A stretch of DNA of 64,000 nucleotides from Promethearchaeota archaeon (lineage in GTDB: Archaea; Asgardarchaeota; Lokiarchaeia; Sigyniarchaeales; SOKP01). The notes beneath the pieces were generated by a model. The model searched no databases and was not told the DNA's origin. It saw only the letters and a program-made list of their open reading frames with translations. This document shows, one piece after another, positions 30,385 through 40,455 of the stretch. A program made the translations under genes and the position numbers. Position 1 is the stretch's first letter, and each line of letters opens with the position of its first letter. The stretch spans positions 1-64,000 of the forward strand of contig JAUVXW010000015.1 in the NCBI GenBank assembly GCA_030603385.1. Direction: 5' to 3'.

Positions 30385-30570
30385 ATCTCTTTTTAATCCA
30401 TATTTATTATGTTATAACTTATCGTAAAAGAATTTTCAAAACTCATAGAGTTTGAACTTTTCTAGTAATTAAGAATATTGATAATTTGAAATTACTTATA
30501 TTCTAGTAAAATCTTTGTTTTATAATTTAGAAGGAATATCATTATTAATCAATACCAACGGTAATACCTA

Positions 30571-31638
30571 ATGAAACTTAATGAATATTTAAAAGAATAT
30601 AAAGACAAGATCAACGATGCAATTAAATCTATTTTTGACTTAAAATTAAAAAATATAAAAAATAGATTTTTAGAAGATTATTATTCAGAACTAAAAGATT
30701 ATTTCCTAGCCGGGGGAAAAAGGATCCGTCCACTACTATGTATCGCTACATATAATGCATTTAATGAAAGAAGGGATGAAAGAATTGTATTTCCAAGCGT
30801 GGGTACTGAATTTCTCCATAATGCGTCGTTAATACATGATGATATTATTGATAAGGATGATTTTAGACGGGGAAAACCCGCATTCCACTTGAGATTTCGA
30901 AATTACCATGAAAAATATGAATTAAAAAGAATGATAGCAAGCGATTTCGGTAATTCTATAGGAATTATTGGAGGAGATTCAGCTTTTTTTTTAGGTTTAG
31001 AAGCTTACTTTTTTAACGATTTTAATAGGGAATTGAACTTAAATGCGATAAAATATTATAAGCAAGCCTTTATAGAAATTGCTGATGGGGTTTTAATTGA
31101 AACTGATATGGTAAACCAAACAGATCTCACCCTTGCTGATTATATCGAAATGATTTCACTAAAAACCGGAGCTCTGATTGAGAAATCGATTTTAATAGGA
31201 GCAAATTATGCAAAAGCAGCTGATGAGTGTATTAATGATCTTTCCATCTATGGTGTAAACCTTGGTATTGTTTTTCAGATAATTGATGATATTTTAGGTA
31301 CATTTGGGGATGAAAAAGTAACTGGAAAACCAACAGATGGCGATATCCGAGAAAATAAATTAACTGCTTTAAAATTAACTGCCTTAGACAATTTAGAAAA
31401 CTCAAGTAAAATACAGCTTATTGAATTACTTGAAAATCCTAGTATGACTAAAAATGATGTTCAGGAAGTTAAGGATTTGTTTATTAAAGCAGATGTAGTT
31501 AATTCATGCAAAGAATTAGCAAACATATACTTTCAAAAAGCAAAATCATCTTTGGATAAATTGAAACCATCTATCAATCAATCTGAAGTAGAATTTTTTG
31601 AAAGTTTATTAAATTTTGTAGTGGAGAGAAAATTCTAA
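30571..31638 (+). CDS. idsA: Geranylgeranyl diphosphate synthase (trans-prenyltransferase)
   Basis: GGKRIRP, LIHDDIIDKDDFRRG, KTGAL, FQIIDDILG, GK..GDIRE.K. Confidence 0.93.
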   Translation: MKLNEYLKEYKDKINDAIKSIFDLKLKNIKNRFLEDYYSELKDYFLAGGKRIRPLLCIATYNAFNERRDERIVFPSVGTEFLHNASLIHDDIIDKDDFRRGKPAFHLRFRNYHEKYELKRMIASDFGNSIGIIGGDSAFFLGLEAYFFNDFNRELNLNAIKYYKQAFIEIADGVLIETDMVNQTDLTLADYIEMISLKTGALIEKSILIGANYAKAADECINDLSIYGVNLGIVFQIIDDILGTFGDEKVTGKPTDGDIRENKLTALKLTALDNLENSSKIQLIELLENPSMTKNDVQEVKDLFIKADVVNSCKELANIYFQKAKSSLDKLKPSINQSEVEFFESLLNFVVERKF

Positions 31639-31776
31639 AGAGAAACTATCTCCATGTGATATTTTAATTTTTTTATTAATTTAATATGGAAAAAGATAAG
31701 AACTAAAAATCATAGAAGAATTATTAAGTTCAATACTATAAATTTTCTTTTATTAAAACTATTGAGATAGAGTTAG

Positions 31777-32325
31777 ATGTTGGTAGCGATTACCGGAGCC
31801 ACGGGAGTCGATTTAGCAGTTAAATTTCTAAAAACTCTGAGAGAAAAAAAGATTGAAATTGAACTTATCATCTCTAAAATTGCCGAAAAAATAATAGATA
31901 TTGAAACGGATTATAAAATTTCTGATATTCGTAAAATAGCAGATAAAAACTATGATGTAGATAATCTATTATCTCCGCCAGCAAGCGGTTCCTACAAGAT
32001 AGAGAGTATGGTTATAATTCCTTGTTCAATGAAAACTTTATCAGCAATAGCAAATGGATATGCAAATAATTTAATTTCAAGGGCAGCAGATGTAATGATC
32101 AAAGAAAAAAGGAAATTAATACTAGTTGTAAGAGAAACTCCATTCAGTGCGATACATCTTGAGAATATGCTTAAATTAGCAAGATTAGGAGTAATTATTT
32201 GCCCCCCAATCCCTTCATACTACATAAAACCTAAAAGCGTTGAAGAACTCATTGAATACACCATAGGAAGGATATTAGACCATATTGGGATTGAAAGTAA
32301 TATAAAAAGATGGGGGACAATATAA
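31777..32325 (+). CDS. ubiX: Flavin prenyltransferase
   Basis: AITGATG, ASGS, PCSMKTLSAIANG, RAADV..KE.RKL.LV.RETP, HLENM. Confidence 0.95.
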   Translation: MLVAITGATGVDLAVKFLKTLREKKIEIELIISKIAEKIIDIETDYKISDIRKIADKNYDVDNLLSPPASGSYKIESMVIIPCSMKTLSAIANGYANNLISRAADVMIKEKRKLILVVRETPFSAIHLENMLKLARLGVIICPPIPSYYIKPKSVEELIEYTIGRILDHIGIESNIKRWGTI

Positions 32326-32387
32326 GAAAGAAAAAGTTGATTATTCAGTTATTAAGATTTAAATGAATAAGGTAAGGGGAATTTTAA

Positions 32388-32795
32388 TTGAAAATGCTCC
32401 AAGATATTTGGATTCTGTATAAATCTGGAATAGTGATTTTTCATAGAGAATTCAATGAAACTGTATCCCCTCAAGCATTTGGGGCTATGATGAGTGCGTT
32501 AAACACTTTTGCCGAACAATTAGCTGATGGCGGATTATCCAATTTTGAATTAAATAATAAAAGATTTACAATAATTAAGAAATATGACCTTATATTTATC
32601 GCTAATTCGTCAAAACGATTTAATCAGAAAAAAATTAATCGTGAATTAGAAAAAATATCAAAAAGATTCTTGAAACTCTATTCTGAAAAATTAGAGAATT
32701 ATAAAGGCCAGATTGGAGCGTTTACTCAATTTGAAGAGATTATTGTGGATTCTTTAGAAGATAATCCCCAACAATCCGTAGACGAACTTCTCTAA
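32388..32795 (+). CDS. Stand-alone longin-like domain protein
   Basis: QDIWILYKSGIVIFHR..FGAMMSALNTFAEQL..L.KISKRFLKLY. Confidence 0.75.
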   Translation: MKMLQDIWILYKSGIVIFHREFNETVSPQAFGAMMSALNTFAEQLADGGLSNFELNNKRFTIIKKYDLIFIANSSKRFNQKKINRELEKISKRFLKLYSEKLENYKGQIGAFTQFEEIIVDSLEDNPQQSVDELL

Positions 32796-32918
32796 GTTTT
32801 TCCAAGTTTCAATTTTAATTAAGCTCAAGAATAAAAATTGGTCTACTGAACTTTTTAATACAAATGAAAACAATTTTATCTTAATAAGAGTAATCAAATA
32901 TTAAAATAGAAAAGTGAA

Positions 32919-33143
32919 ATGAAGGAAATTAAGAAACCCATTTCAGAAAATATTGCATTACAGATATGTGAAGAGGTAAGGGAATGCAATCGTGAAAAAA
33001 AATTTAGTTTAGCTAAAGTTCAGTGCTGGGGATGTATGAAATATTCAATTAAAAAGAATGATATAAAGCATAGATGTATATTTTCTAATGAGGATAATAG
33101 GGGTTGTCATCTAGTCAACAGAATTTATGATGTAAGATATTGA
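32919..33143 (+). CDS. Small Cys-rich putative metal-binding protein
   Basis: 74 aa with six Cys: CEEVREC, CWGC, RC...RGC. Confidence 0.65.
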   Translation: MKEIKKPISENIALQICEEVRECNREKKFSLAKVQCWGCMKYSIKKNDIKHRCIFSNEDNRGCHLVNRIYDVRY

Positions 33144-33153
33144 AAAAATTAAA

Positions 33154-34272
33154 TTATTGGTTTAACCATCTATACAATTCACCAAGAATAACATACTTAT
33201 CTCTTTCACCTTTTAATTTGGCTATTTCGTCTATATTCATTAACCAGAGACATGAACGTAATTCATTTTTTAAGGTTCTTATTTCTTTAATAGTGTGAGA
33301 AATAGAATTATCTTTTCTATCTTTCCATGCAGATTGGAGAAAGTTATAAGCAAAACCTCCTAAATCAGCACCTAATACAATAGATTTTGCGATATCAATT
33401 CCTGTTCTTAAACCTCCCGTGGCAATTATTAGTTTTTGAGACACATTTCTAACATAAATTATGCTAATAGGTGTGGGGATCCCCCATTCCTTAAATACTT
33501 CAGCTGGATCTCGAGTATATCTTTGATTATTAAGATTTTTACGTTTTGATTCAATTGCTGCGAAACTGGTCCCACCAGCACCTCCAATATCAAAACCATC
33601 AAAACCAAGTTTATCAAGAATTAAAGCTAATTCCTGGTTAAATCCGGTTCCAACTTCTTTTGCAATTATCGGAATATTGTTTATTTCCCGTAATTTTTGA
33701 AAATTTTTACGGAAAAGTTTATATGAAAGATCTCCTTTATCTTGAACTAATTCATGTAAAACATTTAAATGAATTGCCATAACATCAGCATTTATCATCT
33801 CTATACATTTGTTAAAATCCTCTAACTCAAAATTAAGGCTACTAACCTGCCCGATACCAATATTTCCGATTATAGGAATAGTAGGGGCAACATCACGGGT
33901 AATTTTAAATGAATCTAATAATGTAGGATCTTCAAGTCCTGCACGCTGACTTCCTACACTCATTATAATATTTTCTTCTTCTGCAGCTTTAGCCAAAATT
34001 TCATTTATTTCTTTTGAGACAGGATGACCACCAGTAATCGCTGAGATACAAATGGGTGCTGAAATTTTTTTATCATAAAACTTCACTGAAAGATCAACTT
34101 CTTCAATATCGACATCTGGAATTGGATGGTGAATCAATTTTATATCACTAAAATAGTTTTTAGAATGTTGTACGTCATGCTCTAATGGTATTTTGAGATG
34201 TTCTAATTTTCTATCCATTATCTCTTTTGAGTCATTCTCCTTTGGCATATTTTTCTTCCCTATTTGAGTCAT
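33154..34272 (-). CDS. fni: Type 2 isopentenyl-diphosphate isomerase
   Basis: RK.EH, ITGG, VGSQR, HLN.L.E, KEVG.G, GAGGTSFAAIE, WGIPT, TGGLR.G.D.AK. Confidence 0.95.
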   Translation of the reverse strand: MTQIGKKNMPKENDSKEIMDRKLEHLKIPLEHDVQHSKNYFSDIKLIHHPIPDVDIEEVDLSVKFYDKKISAPICISAITGGHPVSKEINEILAKAAEEENIIMSVGSQRAGLEDPTLLDSFKITRDVAPTIPIIGNIGIGQVSSLNFELEDFNKCIEMINADVMAIHLNVLHELVQDKGDLSYKLFRKNFQKLREINNIPIIAKEVGTGFNQELALILDKLGFDGFDIGGAGGTSFAAIESKRKNLNNQRYTRDPAEVFKEWGIPTPISIIYVRNVSQKLIIATGGLRTGIDIAKSIVLGADLGGFAYNFLQSAWKDRKDNSISHTIKEIRTLKNELRSCLWLMNIDEIAKLKGERDKYVILGELYRWLNQ

Positions 34273-34290
34273 TTCACATAAAAATTGCTT

Positions 34291-35112
34291 TTAGTTAATT
34301 ATTATATTTGTACAAATTAATTTTTCATTTTTTAAAGAATTATATATATAATTTTCTTTCAATCCATTTATCAATTGCACAGGAACATTGAATTTACATA
34401 TCTGTTTTATAAAATCGATTTTACCTTCAATCCCACCTGTAACATCTATTTTTTTCCCCAAGTCCGCTAAGTCCAAGTCATCTAATTCACTTGAAAATAT
34501 TTTAGAGGCCAATTTTATATTTTTATCCTTAGAATCTCCATCATTAATAAAAATTCCATCGGTTTCAATTGCAAAAATAACTTTTGAGACACAATATTTT
34601 TGTAAGTTCTCACATAACTCAGAAATGATCTGATCTCCTGAAATTATAGAAAATGATCCTTGTTTATCAAAAATAATATCTCCATATAAAATGGGTAAGA
34701 TTTTAAGATCTAAAGCGGTTTCAATGATGTCAATAGATTTGGCAATGATATTTTCTGCATCTTTTATAAAAATGCTGGAGGGTTGGATTGATAAAACGGG
34801 ATAATTTCGTTCTAAAAATAGGTTTACTAAATAAGAATTAAATTTAATCATAGCTTGATGGGTTTCAGTTAATCCAATAATTTGATTTGGTATAGATTTA
34901 TCTAATCCTTTCGAAATATTGTATTTTTTTGCTAAAGGGTGCCCAAATGAGCCACCTCCATGAATCAATATTACTTTTTCGTTAGCATTAATAATTTGTT
35001 GAATTGTGCTTTTAGCAACCTCCTCTCTGATAAAAAAAGGTTTATTTTTATCAGTTAATAAACTTCCACCTAACTTTAATAGTAAGATTTCATTCTTCCT
35101 TTTCAATTTCAA
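34291..35112 (-). CDS. ipk: Isopentenyl phosphate kinase
   Basis: LKLGGSLLTDK, HGGGSFGHPLA, YGD, SGDQI, DVTGG. Confidence 0.93.
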   Translation of the reverse strand: MKLKRKNEILLLKLGGSLLTDKNKPFFIREEVAKSTIQQIINANEKVILIHGGGSFGHPLAKKYNISKGLDKSIPNQIIGLTETHQAMIKFNSYLVNLFLERNYPVLSIQPSSIFIKDAENIIAKSIDIIETALDLKILPILYGDIIFDKQGSFSIISGDQIISELCENLQKYCVSKVIFAIETDGIFINDGDSKDKNIKLASKIFSSELDDLDLADLGKKIDVTGGIEGKIDFIKQICKFNVPVQLINGLKENYIYNSLKNEKLICTNIIIN

Positions 35113-35119
35113 CTATCTC

Positions 35120-36055
35120 TCATCCGATCATAGTTTTCCAGGCATTATATCCTTTACTTTCGATAGCATTAGCAATTTTTACTTGTTTTTCTTCATTTTC
35201 CGCTAAAGCAATAACCAAACCCCCTCGACCAGTCCCTGTCATTTTAGCACCAACAGCTCCATTCTGTAATGCTATTTCAACCAATTTTTCATTCACTTCT
35301 CCTGAAACCGTAATTTCTTGGAGAAGTTTGTGGTTTTGATTCATTAGATCTCCTATAGTAATAATATCCCCATTAATTAATGCATTTTTAGCATCTTCTG
35401 CTAAATTTTTATATTCAGCAAAAATTTTTTCGAATTTAACAGGGTACTTTTCCTTTAAACGTCGAACATCAGCAACAACTTCAGTCGTTGATGCCGTAAT
35501 TCCTGTATTTGCTATTACTAAAAACATCTTTTTTAGAGCTTGTAAGAGTTCCATAGTATTTTTACCTCCACTCAAGTTTTTTTTAAACCAAATTAACCCG
35601 CCATAAGTGGAAGCTGTGTTATCAATTCCAGAAGGGGTTCCGTGGTAAGATTTTTCTCCTTCATATGCCGCTTCATTTATTTTTTCATCCTCTAAATCAA
35701 GATTAAAAGTATCATTAAGGGCACGAGCTAAAGATGTGCATTGAGCTGCAGAAGCCCCAACGCCACTTGCAGCAATTAAATTACCGCTAAAGGTTATTTC
35801 AAGTTTCTGATTTTTTGTATCTATTTTTAAATAATCAATAACGTTTTGTACAGATTGCATCGCCTCATCGTATTTTTGCTTTTTATAACCAGGAGTTGCT
35901 GATCTCTGATCGTCAACCGTCCATCCATTTCCCTCAATAACTTTAACATCCGCTGTTGTGTAGGACCCTAACGCCGATGCTATTGCAGATAGTCCATAAA
36001 CTACAAAATGTTCACCGAACAAGATCGTCTTTCCGTATCCCTTTCCTGAACCCAT
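35120..36055 (-). CDS. mvk: Mevalonate kinase
   Basis: GKTILFGEHFVVYG, GVGASAA, HGTPSGIDN, GAKMTGTGRGG. Confidence 0.93.
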   Translation of the reverse strand: MGSGKGYGKTILFGEHFVVYGLSAIASALGSYTTADVKVIEGNGWTVDDQRSATPGYKKQKYDEAMQSVQNVIDYLKIDTKNQKLEITFSGNLIAASGVGASAAQCTSLARALNDTFNLDLEDEKINEAAYEGEKSYHGTPSGIDNTASTYGGLIWFKKNLSGGKNTMELLQALKKMFLVIANTGITASTTEVVADVRRLKEKYPVKFEKIFAEYKNLAEDAKNALINGDIITIGDLMNQNHKLLQEITVSGEVNEKLVEIALQNGAVGAKMTGTGRGGLVIALAENEEKQVKIANAIESKGYNAWKTMIG

Positions 36056-36445
36056 TTATTTTACCTCCACAGTTCCCTCTGAGCCATTGACGATGACAAT
36101 CTGTCCAGTGTTTATGTTATTAATATCAATTTTATCAACACATGGGATTTCACTGATAATACATCCTACTGCTATGATAGTATCAATCTGTTTATTAACA
36201 ATTGCAACGGGAGCTGTGTTATTTTTCTTCATTCTATACAATGTATATGATCCTACTGTCGATCCTTTACCAGTGGGAAAAACTAAAACTTTCCCTGTTA
36301 TAGATTGACCTTCAAGTTCGTGTCCGACCTCAACCACCTTACCTGTATCAGGATCAACACCCCCATAAAATGAAATTCCATCTTTAGTAACAATTGCTTC
36401 TGCTTCAGCAATTCCTTTAAATATTTTTCTTCCTGATAACTTCAT
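36056..36445 (-). CDS. Phosphomevalonate dehydratase small subunit (AcnX swivel domain, DUF126)
   Basis: ISFYGGVDPDTG, H.L.GQSI.GKVLVFP.GKGSTVGS; ATG at 36445 overlaps the upstream stop (ATGA) after GAGGAGG. Confidence 0.9.
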   Translation of the reverse strand: MKLSGRKIFKGIAEAEAIVTKDGISFYGGVDPDTGKVVEVGHELEGQSITGKVLVFPTGKGSTVGSYTLYRMKKNNTAPVAIVNKQIDTIIAVGCIISEIPCVDKIDINNINTGQIVIVNGSEGTVEVK

Positions 36446-37635
36446 CCTGTCGCCTCCTCGATGCATTCTTCAATTGAACCAATTTTTACTTTAAACTTAT
36501 TCTTTGCACGCCCGTAATAACACGCTTTTGCTGAATCTACCATAATTCCCTTAAAACGTCCTTTAATAGGGGCTACAACACAGCAAGTATCTGCTGCAAA
36601 TTTTGCTCCTGCATCTTCAATTATTTTAGAATAACCTGCCTCATCAGCAATTCTTTTTGTAGGTCGAGCAGTTGTGATCCAAAATTCTTTTTTTACTTTC
36701 TTTCCATTCAATAAATTCGCAATTTTTGCGATTTCGTGGATTGAAGCATGAGGACAACCAATACTTACAAAATCTATCTCAATATCATCATCAATAAGCT
36801 CATCTCGTGTTTTTTTCAGCGTTTCTTGGTTAATATCAACAATAATATCACTTGGCTTAGGGTATCTATTATACTCTGGAGTTATTCCTTCCATATGAAA
36901 TAATGCAGTTCCACCATAAGTAGCAACAGAAGCGCAAAAAGATTTGAGTTCTTCAACAGTTGCTCTGGAAATTCCAGTTATATAAGGTATTTTCTTTTCT
37001 AATTCAACCAACTTGTCTCCAATTATTTTTCCTAAAACTCCAAATTCGTCTGTACCTTTAACTGGGGCATTAACTTCAAATAAAACTTCCCCGTGACGAT
37101 TTTTATCCAAATGATACCCATATTTAGGTGTTTTCCCTATAATGGCTGACGCTAAAGCACTTGGACCCCCCTCACGATTAGTTCGAGCACCAATAACCGA
37201 ATTAGCATAACAAACTGCACTACTTTCAGCCCAAGCAAGGTGTTGACCAAAATGAGGAGTATTTCCAATTAAGTAAGGTGTACAAGAACAGGTTGTTATA
37301 ATTGCCATTTTGGCAAAAGCATCTATCGCACGATTTTGATTTTTGGCAAATTCTTTATCTATCCCTAATGCCTGCCAATTTTCGCGATCCATTCCCGCGG
37401 GATTTAATGTTGTTAACACTCTTACTTTACCATCTTCAGCCATTTCGCTTAAAAATTCCAATCCCGCTTCACCAAGATTAGCGTAGGAAACTCCCGCTAT
37501 TTGAACCCCAACAACATCTATCATGCATTCAGCATCAAAGATTTCACCTAATGTGGCTAAAATCTCCATAGATTTTTTAGCGGCTTTTCCGAATTTCCCT
37601 TCCAGCATATCCTGTTCTTCTTGTGTTAACTTCAT
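36442..37635 (-). CDS. Phosphomevalonate dehydratase large subunit (aconitase X, DUF521)
   Basis: MKLTQEEQ.ML.G, GVSY, TTLNP, CSCTPY, AESSAV.YANSV.GARTNRE, GCPH, DTC; start after GGAGG. Confidence 0.92.
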   Translation of the reverse strand: MKLTQEEQDMLEGKFGKAAKKSMEILATLGEIFDAECMIDVVGVQIAGVSYANLGEAGLEFLSEMAEDGKVRVLTTLNPAGMDRENWQALGIDKEFAKNQNRAIDAFAKMAIITTCSCTPYLIGNTPHFGQHLAWAESSAVCYANSVIGARTNREGGPSALASAIIGKTPKYGYHLDKNRHGEVLFEVNAPVKGTDEFGVLGKIIGDKLVELEKKIPYITGISRATVEELKSFCASVATYGGTALFHMEGITPEYNRYPKPSDIIVDINQETLKKTRDELIDDDIEIDFVSIGCPHASIHEIAKIANLLNGKKVKKEFWITTARPTKRIADEAGYSKIIEDAGAKFAADTCCVVAPIKGRFKGIMVDSAKACYYGRAKNKFKVKIGSIEECIEEATG

Positions 37636-37652
37636 TTCAACCTCCCTCAATT

Positions 37653-38963
37653 TTAAAAGTATTTATTCACATCCACCTTGGGGAATTCTACGATTTCAAA
37701 ACTTTTTCCTTTGATAACTAATGGTTTAGTTAAATCAAAACCAATCTTTGTGGTCATTTTTGTACCGGGCTCTGCGCTGGGATCTAAACTACTCCCAGGT
37801 TCTTTATCTTTGATAACCATCCTGGTATTACCTTGAAACCGGGTGGCAAAACTCCATTCTACGGCTAAAGGGTCATAAATATTAATATCTTTATCGACAA
37901 TAAAAACATGTTTACAGCTCGTATGTCCCGCAAAAGTTCCTTCTATTGCTTTTTTACCATCTTCTTCTGTTTTCTTATCTATTTGAACTATTGCGTGAAG
38001 CCAAGAAGATCCACCTGGACTGATATTTACATCCAAACATTTAACTCCTGTTGCATTTACCTTATTGAAGATAGTAGGTTCTCGAGGCATTCCCATTAAT
38101 ATCTTATGTTCTAACGCCCCTGGTAATAAGGCTTGCCATATTGCTTCCTTTCTATGAGTGATTTTTTTCACTTCAAAAATAGGTTCCTCTCTAATTATAT
38201 CCAATGTCTCAGTTAGATCAACAAATGGACCTTCGGCATGTCTCTCTTCAAAATAAACTTTTCCTTCCAGTACAAATTCTGCTTCAGCTGGGATTAAAAG
38301 ATCAACAGAGTTAGCTTTTACAACTTTAATTGGTTCAAGTGCATTGGCAATTTCTAGCTCATCAACACCAATGTCTACAGAAGTAGCTCCGGCAATTAGA
38401 ATGTTAGGGGTATTTCCTATACAAAAAGCCACCTCCACTTCTCCATTTTTTTCTAAAAATTTATAGAAATGGCGACCTTTGACAATTCGTGCAGCAAATT
38501 TATCTTTTGAGTATTGCATGGCTCGATGGAAATCTAAGTTTTGTCCATAATCTGGATCTCTTGTAATTACAACAGCAGAACTTATATAATTTCCACCATC
38601 CTTATCGCAATGAAATAAAATAGGAATCTTGTCTAAATCTACTTCTGTTTCAACAACTTCTTGACATGGTGCGTTAGCTACAATTTCTGGTTCAGAACGT
38701 TCATCTATTGCTTTTGAAAGCATAGGTATAAGATCAGCAGGGGTGACACCAAAATAAGAGGAAATCACATCCTTAGTACAGAATACATTGCCGACAACAC
38801 GGAATTCAGATTCTTTTACATTATTAAACAATACTGGTATCGGTTCAATTGCCTTTAAAATTCCTGAGATTTCTAATTTTTTTGAAACTTCAAGATCTAC
38901 CTTTCTGAGTAATCCTTCCTTGTCAATTTTATTTATATATTCTCTAAATCCCATAAAAATCAT
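37653..38963 (-). CDS. UbiD-family prFMN decarboxylase, probable anhydromevalonate phosphate decarboxylase
   Basis: D.G.YI, AEFVLEG, EGPFVD, KHVFIVD.DINI.D...VEW..ATRFQ, SSLDPS; located in the MVA operon. Confidence 0.9.
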   Translation of the reverse strand: MIFMGFREYINKIDKEGLLRKVDLEVSKKLEISGILKAIEPIPVLFNNVKESEFRVVGNVFCTKDVISSYFGVTPADLIPMLSKAIDERSEPEIVANAPCQEVVETEVDLDKIPILFHCDKDGGNYISSAVVITRDPDYGQNLDFHRAMQYSKDKFAARIVKGRHFYKFLEKNGEVEVAFCIGNTPNILIAGATSVDIGVDELEIANALEPIKVVKANSVDLLIPAEAEFVLEGKVYFEERHAEGPFVDLTETLDIIREEPIFEVKKITHRKEAIWQALLPGALEHKILMGMPREPTIFNKVNATGVKCLDVNISPGGSSWLHAIVQIDKKTEEDGKKAIEGTFAGHTSCKHVFIVDKDINIYDPLAVEWSFATRFQGNTRMVIKDKEPGSSLDPSAEPGTKMTTKIGFDLTKPLVIKGKSFEIVEFPKVDVNKYF

Positions 38964-39044
38964 CTTCTATACATGTTTATCTTGATAATATGAATAATAA
39001 TAGTGGTTTTTCTTAGAGGAGTTACAGAACCACTTTTTATAAAA

Positions 39045-40325
39045 CTAAAGGTTTTCACCATCATTTATTTTTTGTAAAATTTCTTTTGCGTAATCAACTC
39101 TTATTTTTTTCGCTTCTATCATTTTTTTAACAACTTTTTCTATTAATTCATCAGGTACACCCGCGATCTTTGCTATGTTACGAGAATGAAGTGCCATATG
39201 ACCTTTTTGAATGCCTTCCGAGGCTAAAGCCCTCAGAGCCGCAACATTTTGAGCCAAACCAAGAGCGGCACCTACCTGAGACAGTTCACTAGCACTTTTT
39301 ACATTTAGGATCTTCAAAGCTATTCGTGCCATAGGATGTATTTTTGTCATTCCCCCTATAATTCCTAGAGCAAGAGGGAGCTCAATTTCTCCAACCAGAT
39401 TTCCCTTTGAATCTAACTCGAATTTAGTCAATGGAGAATATTTTCCACTTAAAGAGGCAAATGCGTGAGCACCAGATTCTATAGCTCGAGTGTCGTTTCC
39501 AGTTGCTAATGTTAAGGCAACAATACCGTTCATTATTCCTTTATTATGGGTGGTCGCACGATATGGATCAGCTACAGCAAATTCATACGCATTCAATATT
39601 CCTTCAACAACTTGGGTACCACCTAATAAATCTTTATCAAAAGTTGCTTTACTTCTAGCAATTCGATGAGTAGCTAAATTTGAAACAATTCGGAGATAGA
39701 TCTTTCCTCCACATATTTCTTCTACAAAAGGACTGATAGATTCAGCCATAGTATTTACTACATTTGCCCCCATGGCATCCAAAACGTTAACCAATAAATG
39801 GAGAATAATCATCGGTCCTTTATTGGTATGAATTTCCCTTATCTCGATATCCTGAGCACCTCCACCTAACTCATTTAACAATGGATCCTGCTCATTAGCA
39901 ATTTTTAATAAGGTCTTTTTATGCTTTTCCAGAGAATGCTTTGTTTCTTCTATGTCTTTTAATTGTGTTATTTGAATTTGTGATATCATTACTGATTTTA
40001 CTTCTTCTGAGTGAAATCCACCATGCTTTCGAGCCATTTTTGCTGCATTTGAAGCTGCGGCTACTACTGATGGTTCTTCTATAACCATAGGGATTATATA
40101 ATCTCTATCGTTTACTTTAAAGTTAAAAGCAAGACCAAACGGTAACTGATAACTCCCTACTACATTTTCAATTAATGTATCAATTTGAGTGGAAGTGAAG
40201 TAGCCTAACTCCTTCAATATTTCTAATTCTTCTGGATTTAAATGTAAAAGTTTGGATAATAGCTCATGACGCTCATCCATAGTTAGTTTGTAAAATCCAG
40301 AAATGTCTGAACGAAATTCCTTCAT
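39045..40325 (-). CDS. mvaA: HMG-CoA reductase, class II
   Basis: IENVVG, EEPSVVAAAS, DAMGAN.VNT, RIVSN, DPYRATTHNKGIMNG, GNDTRA.E, GIQKGHMALH. Confidence 0.95.
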   Translation of the reverse strand: MKEFRSDISGFYKLTMDERHELLSKLLHLNPEELEILKELGYFTSTQIDTLIENVVGSYQLPFGLAFNFKVNDRDYIIPMVIEEPSVVAAASNAAKMARKHGGFHSEEVKSVMISQIQITQLKDIEETKHSLEKHKKTLLKIANEQDPLLNELGGGAQDIEIREIHTNKGPMIILHLLVNVLDAMGANVVNTMAESISPFVEEICGGKIYLRIVSNLATHRIARSKATFDKDLLGGTQVVEGILNAYEFAVADPYRATTHNKGIMNGIVALTLATGNDTRAIESGAHAFASLSGKYSPLTKFELDSKGNLVGEIELPLALGIIGGMTKIHPMARIALKILNVKSASELSQVGAALGLAQNVAALRALASEGIQKGHMALHSRNIAKIAGVPDELIEKVVKKMIEAKKIRVDYAKEILQKINDGENL

Positions 40326-40455
40326 TAAAGTTTCACTAATTTAAAAATTAATAAATTTTTTTAAATTTTTTTAAATCTTTTCTTAATCACTTCCTTTATG
40401 AAGATTTATATTATAAAAGTATCTAAAGAGAAGTTAACTCACATTGGATTTTGAG

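Noticed and set aside
30571-32795. Idea that GGPP synthase supplies prenylation of the Rab-like GTPases
   Set aside because: None of the GTPases has a C-terminal Cys motif and no protein prenyltransferase is present; ether-lipid synthesis explains GGPPS
37653-38963. UbiD/UbiX as quinone biosynthesis or aromatic decarboxylation genes
   Set aside because: Position between HMGR and the AcnX/MVK genes is better explained by the anhydromevalonate phosphate route
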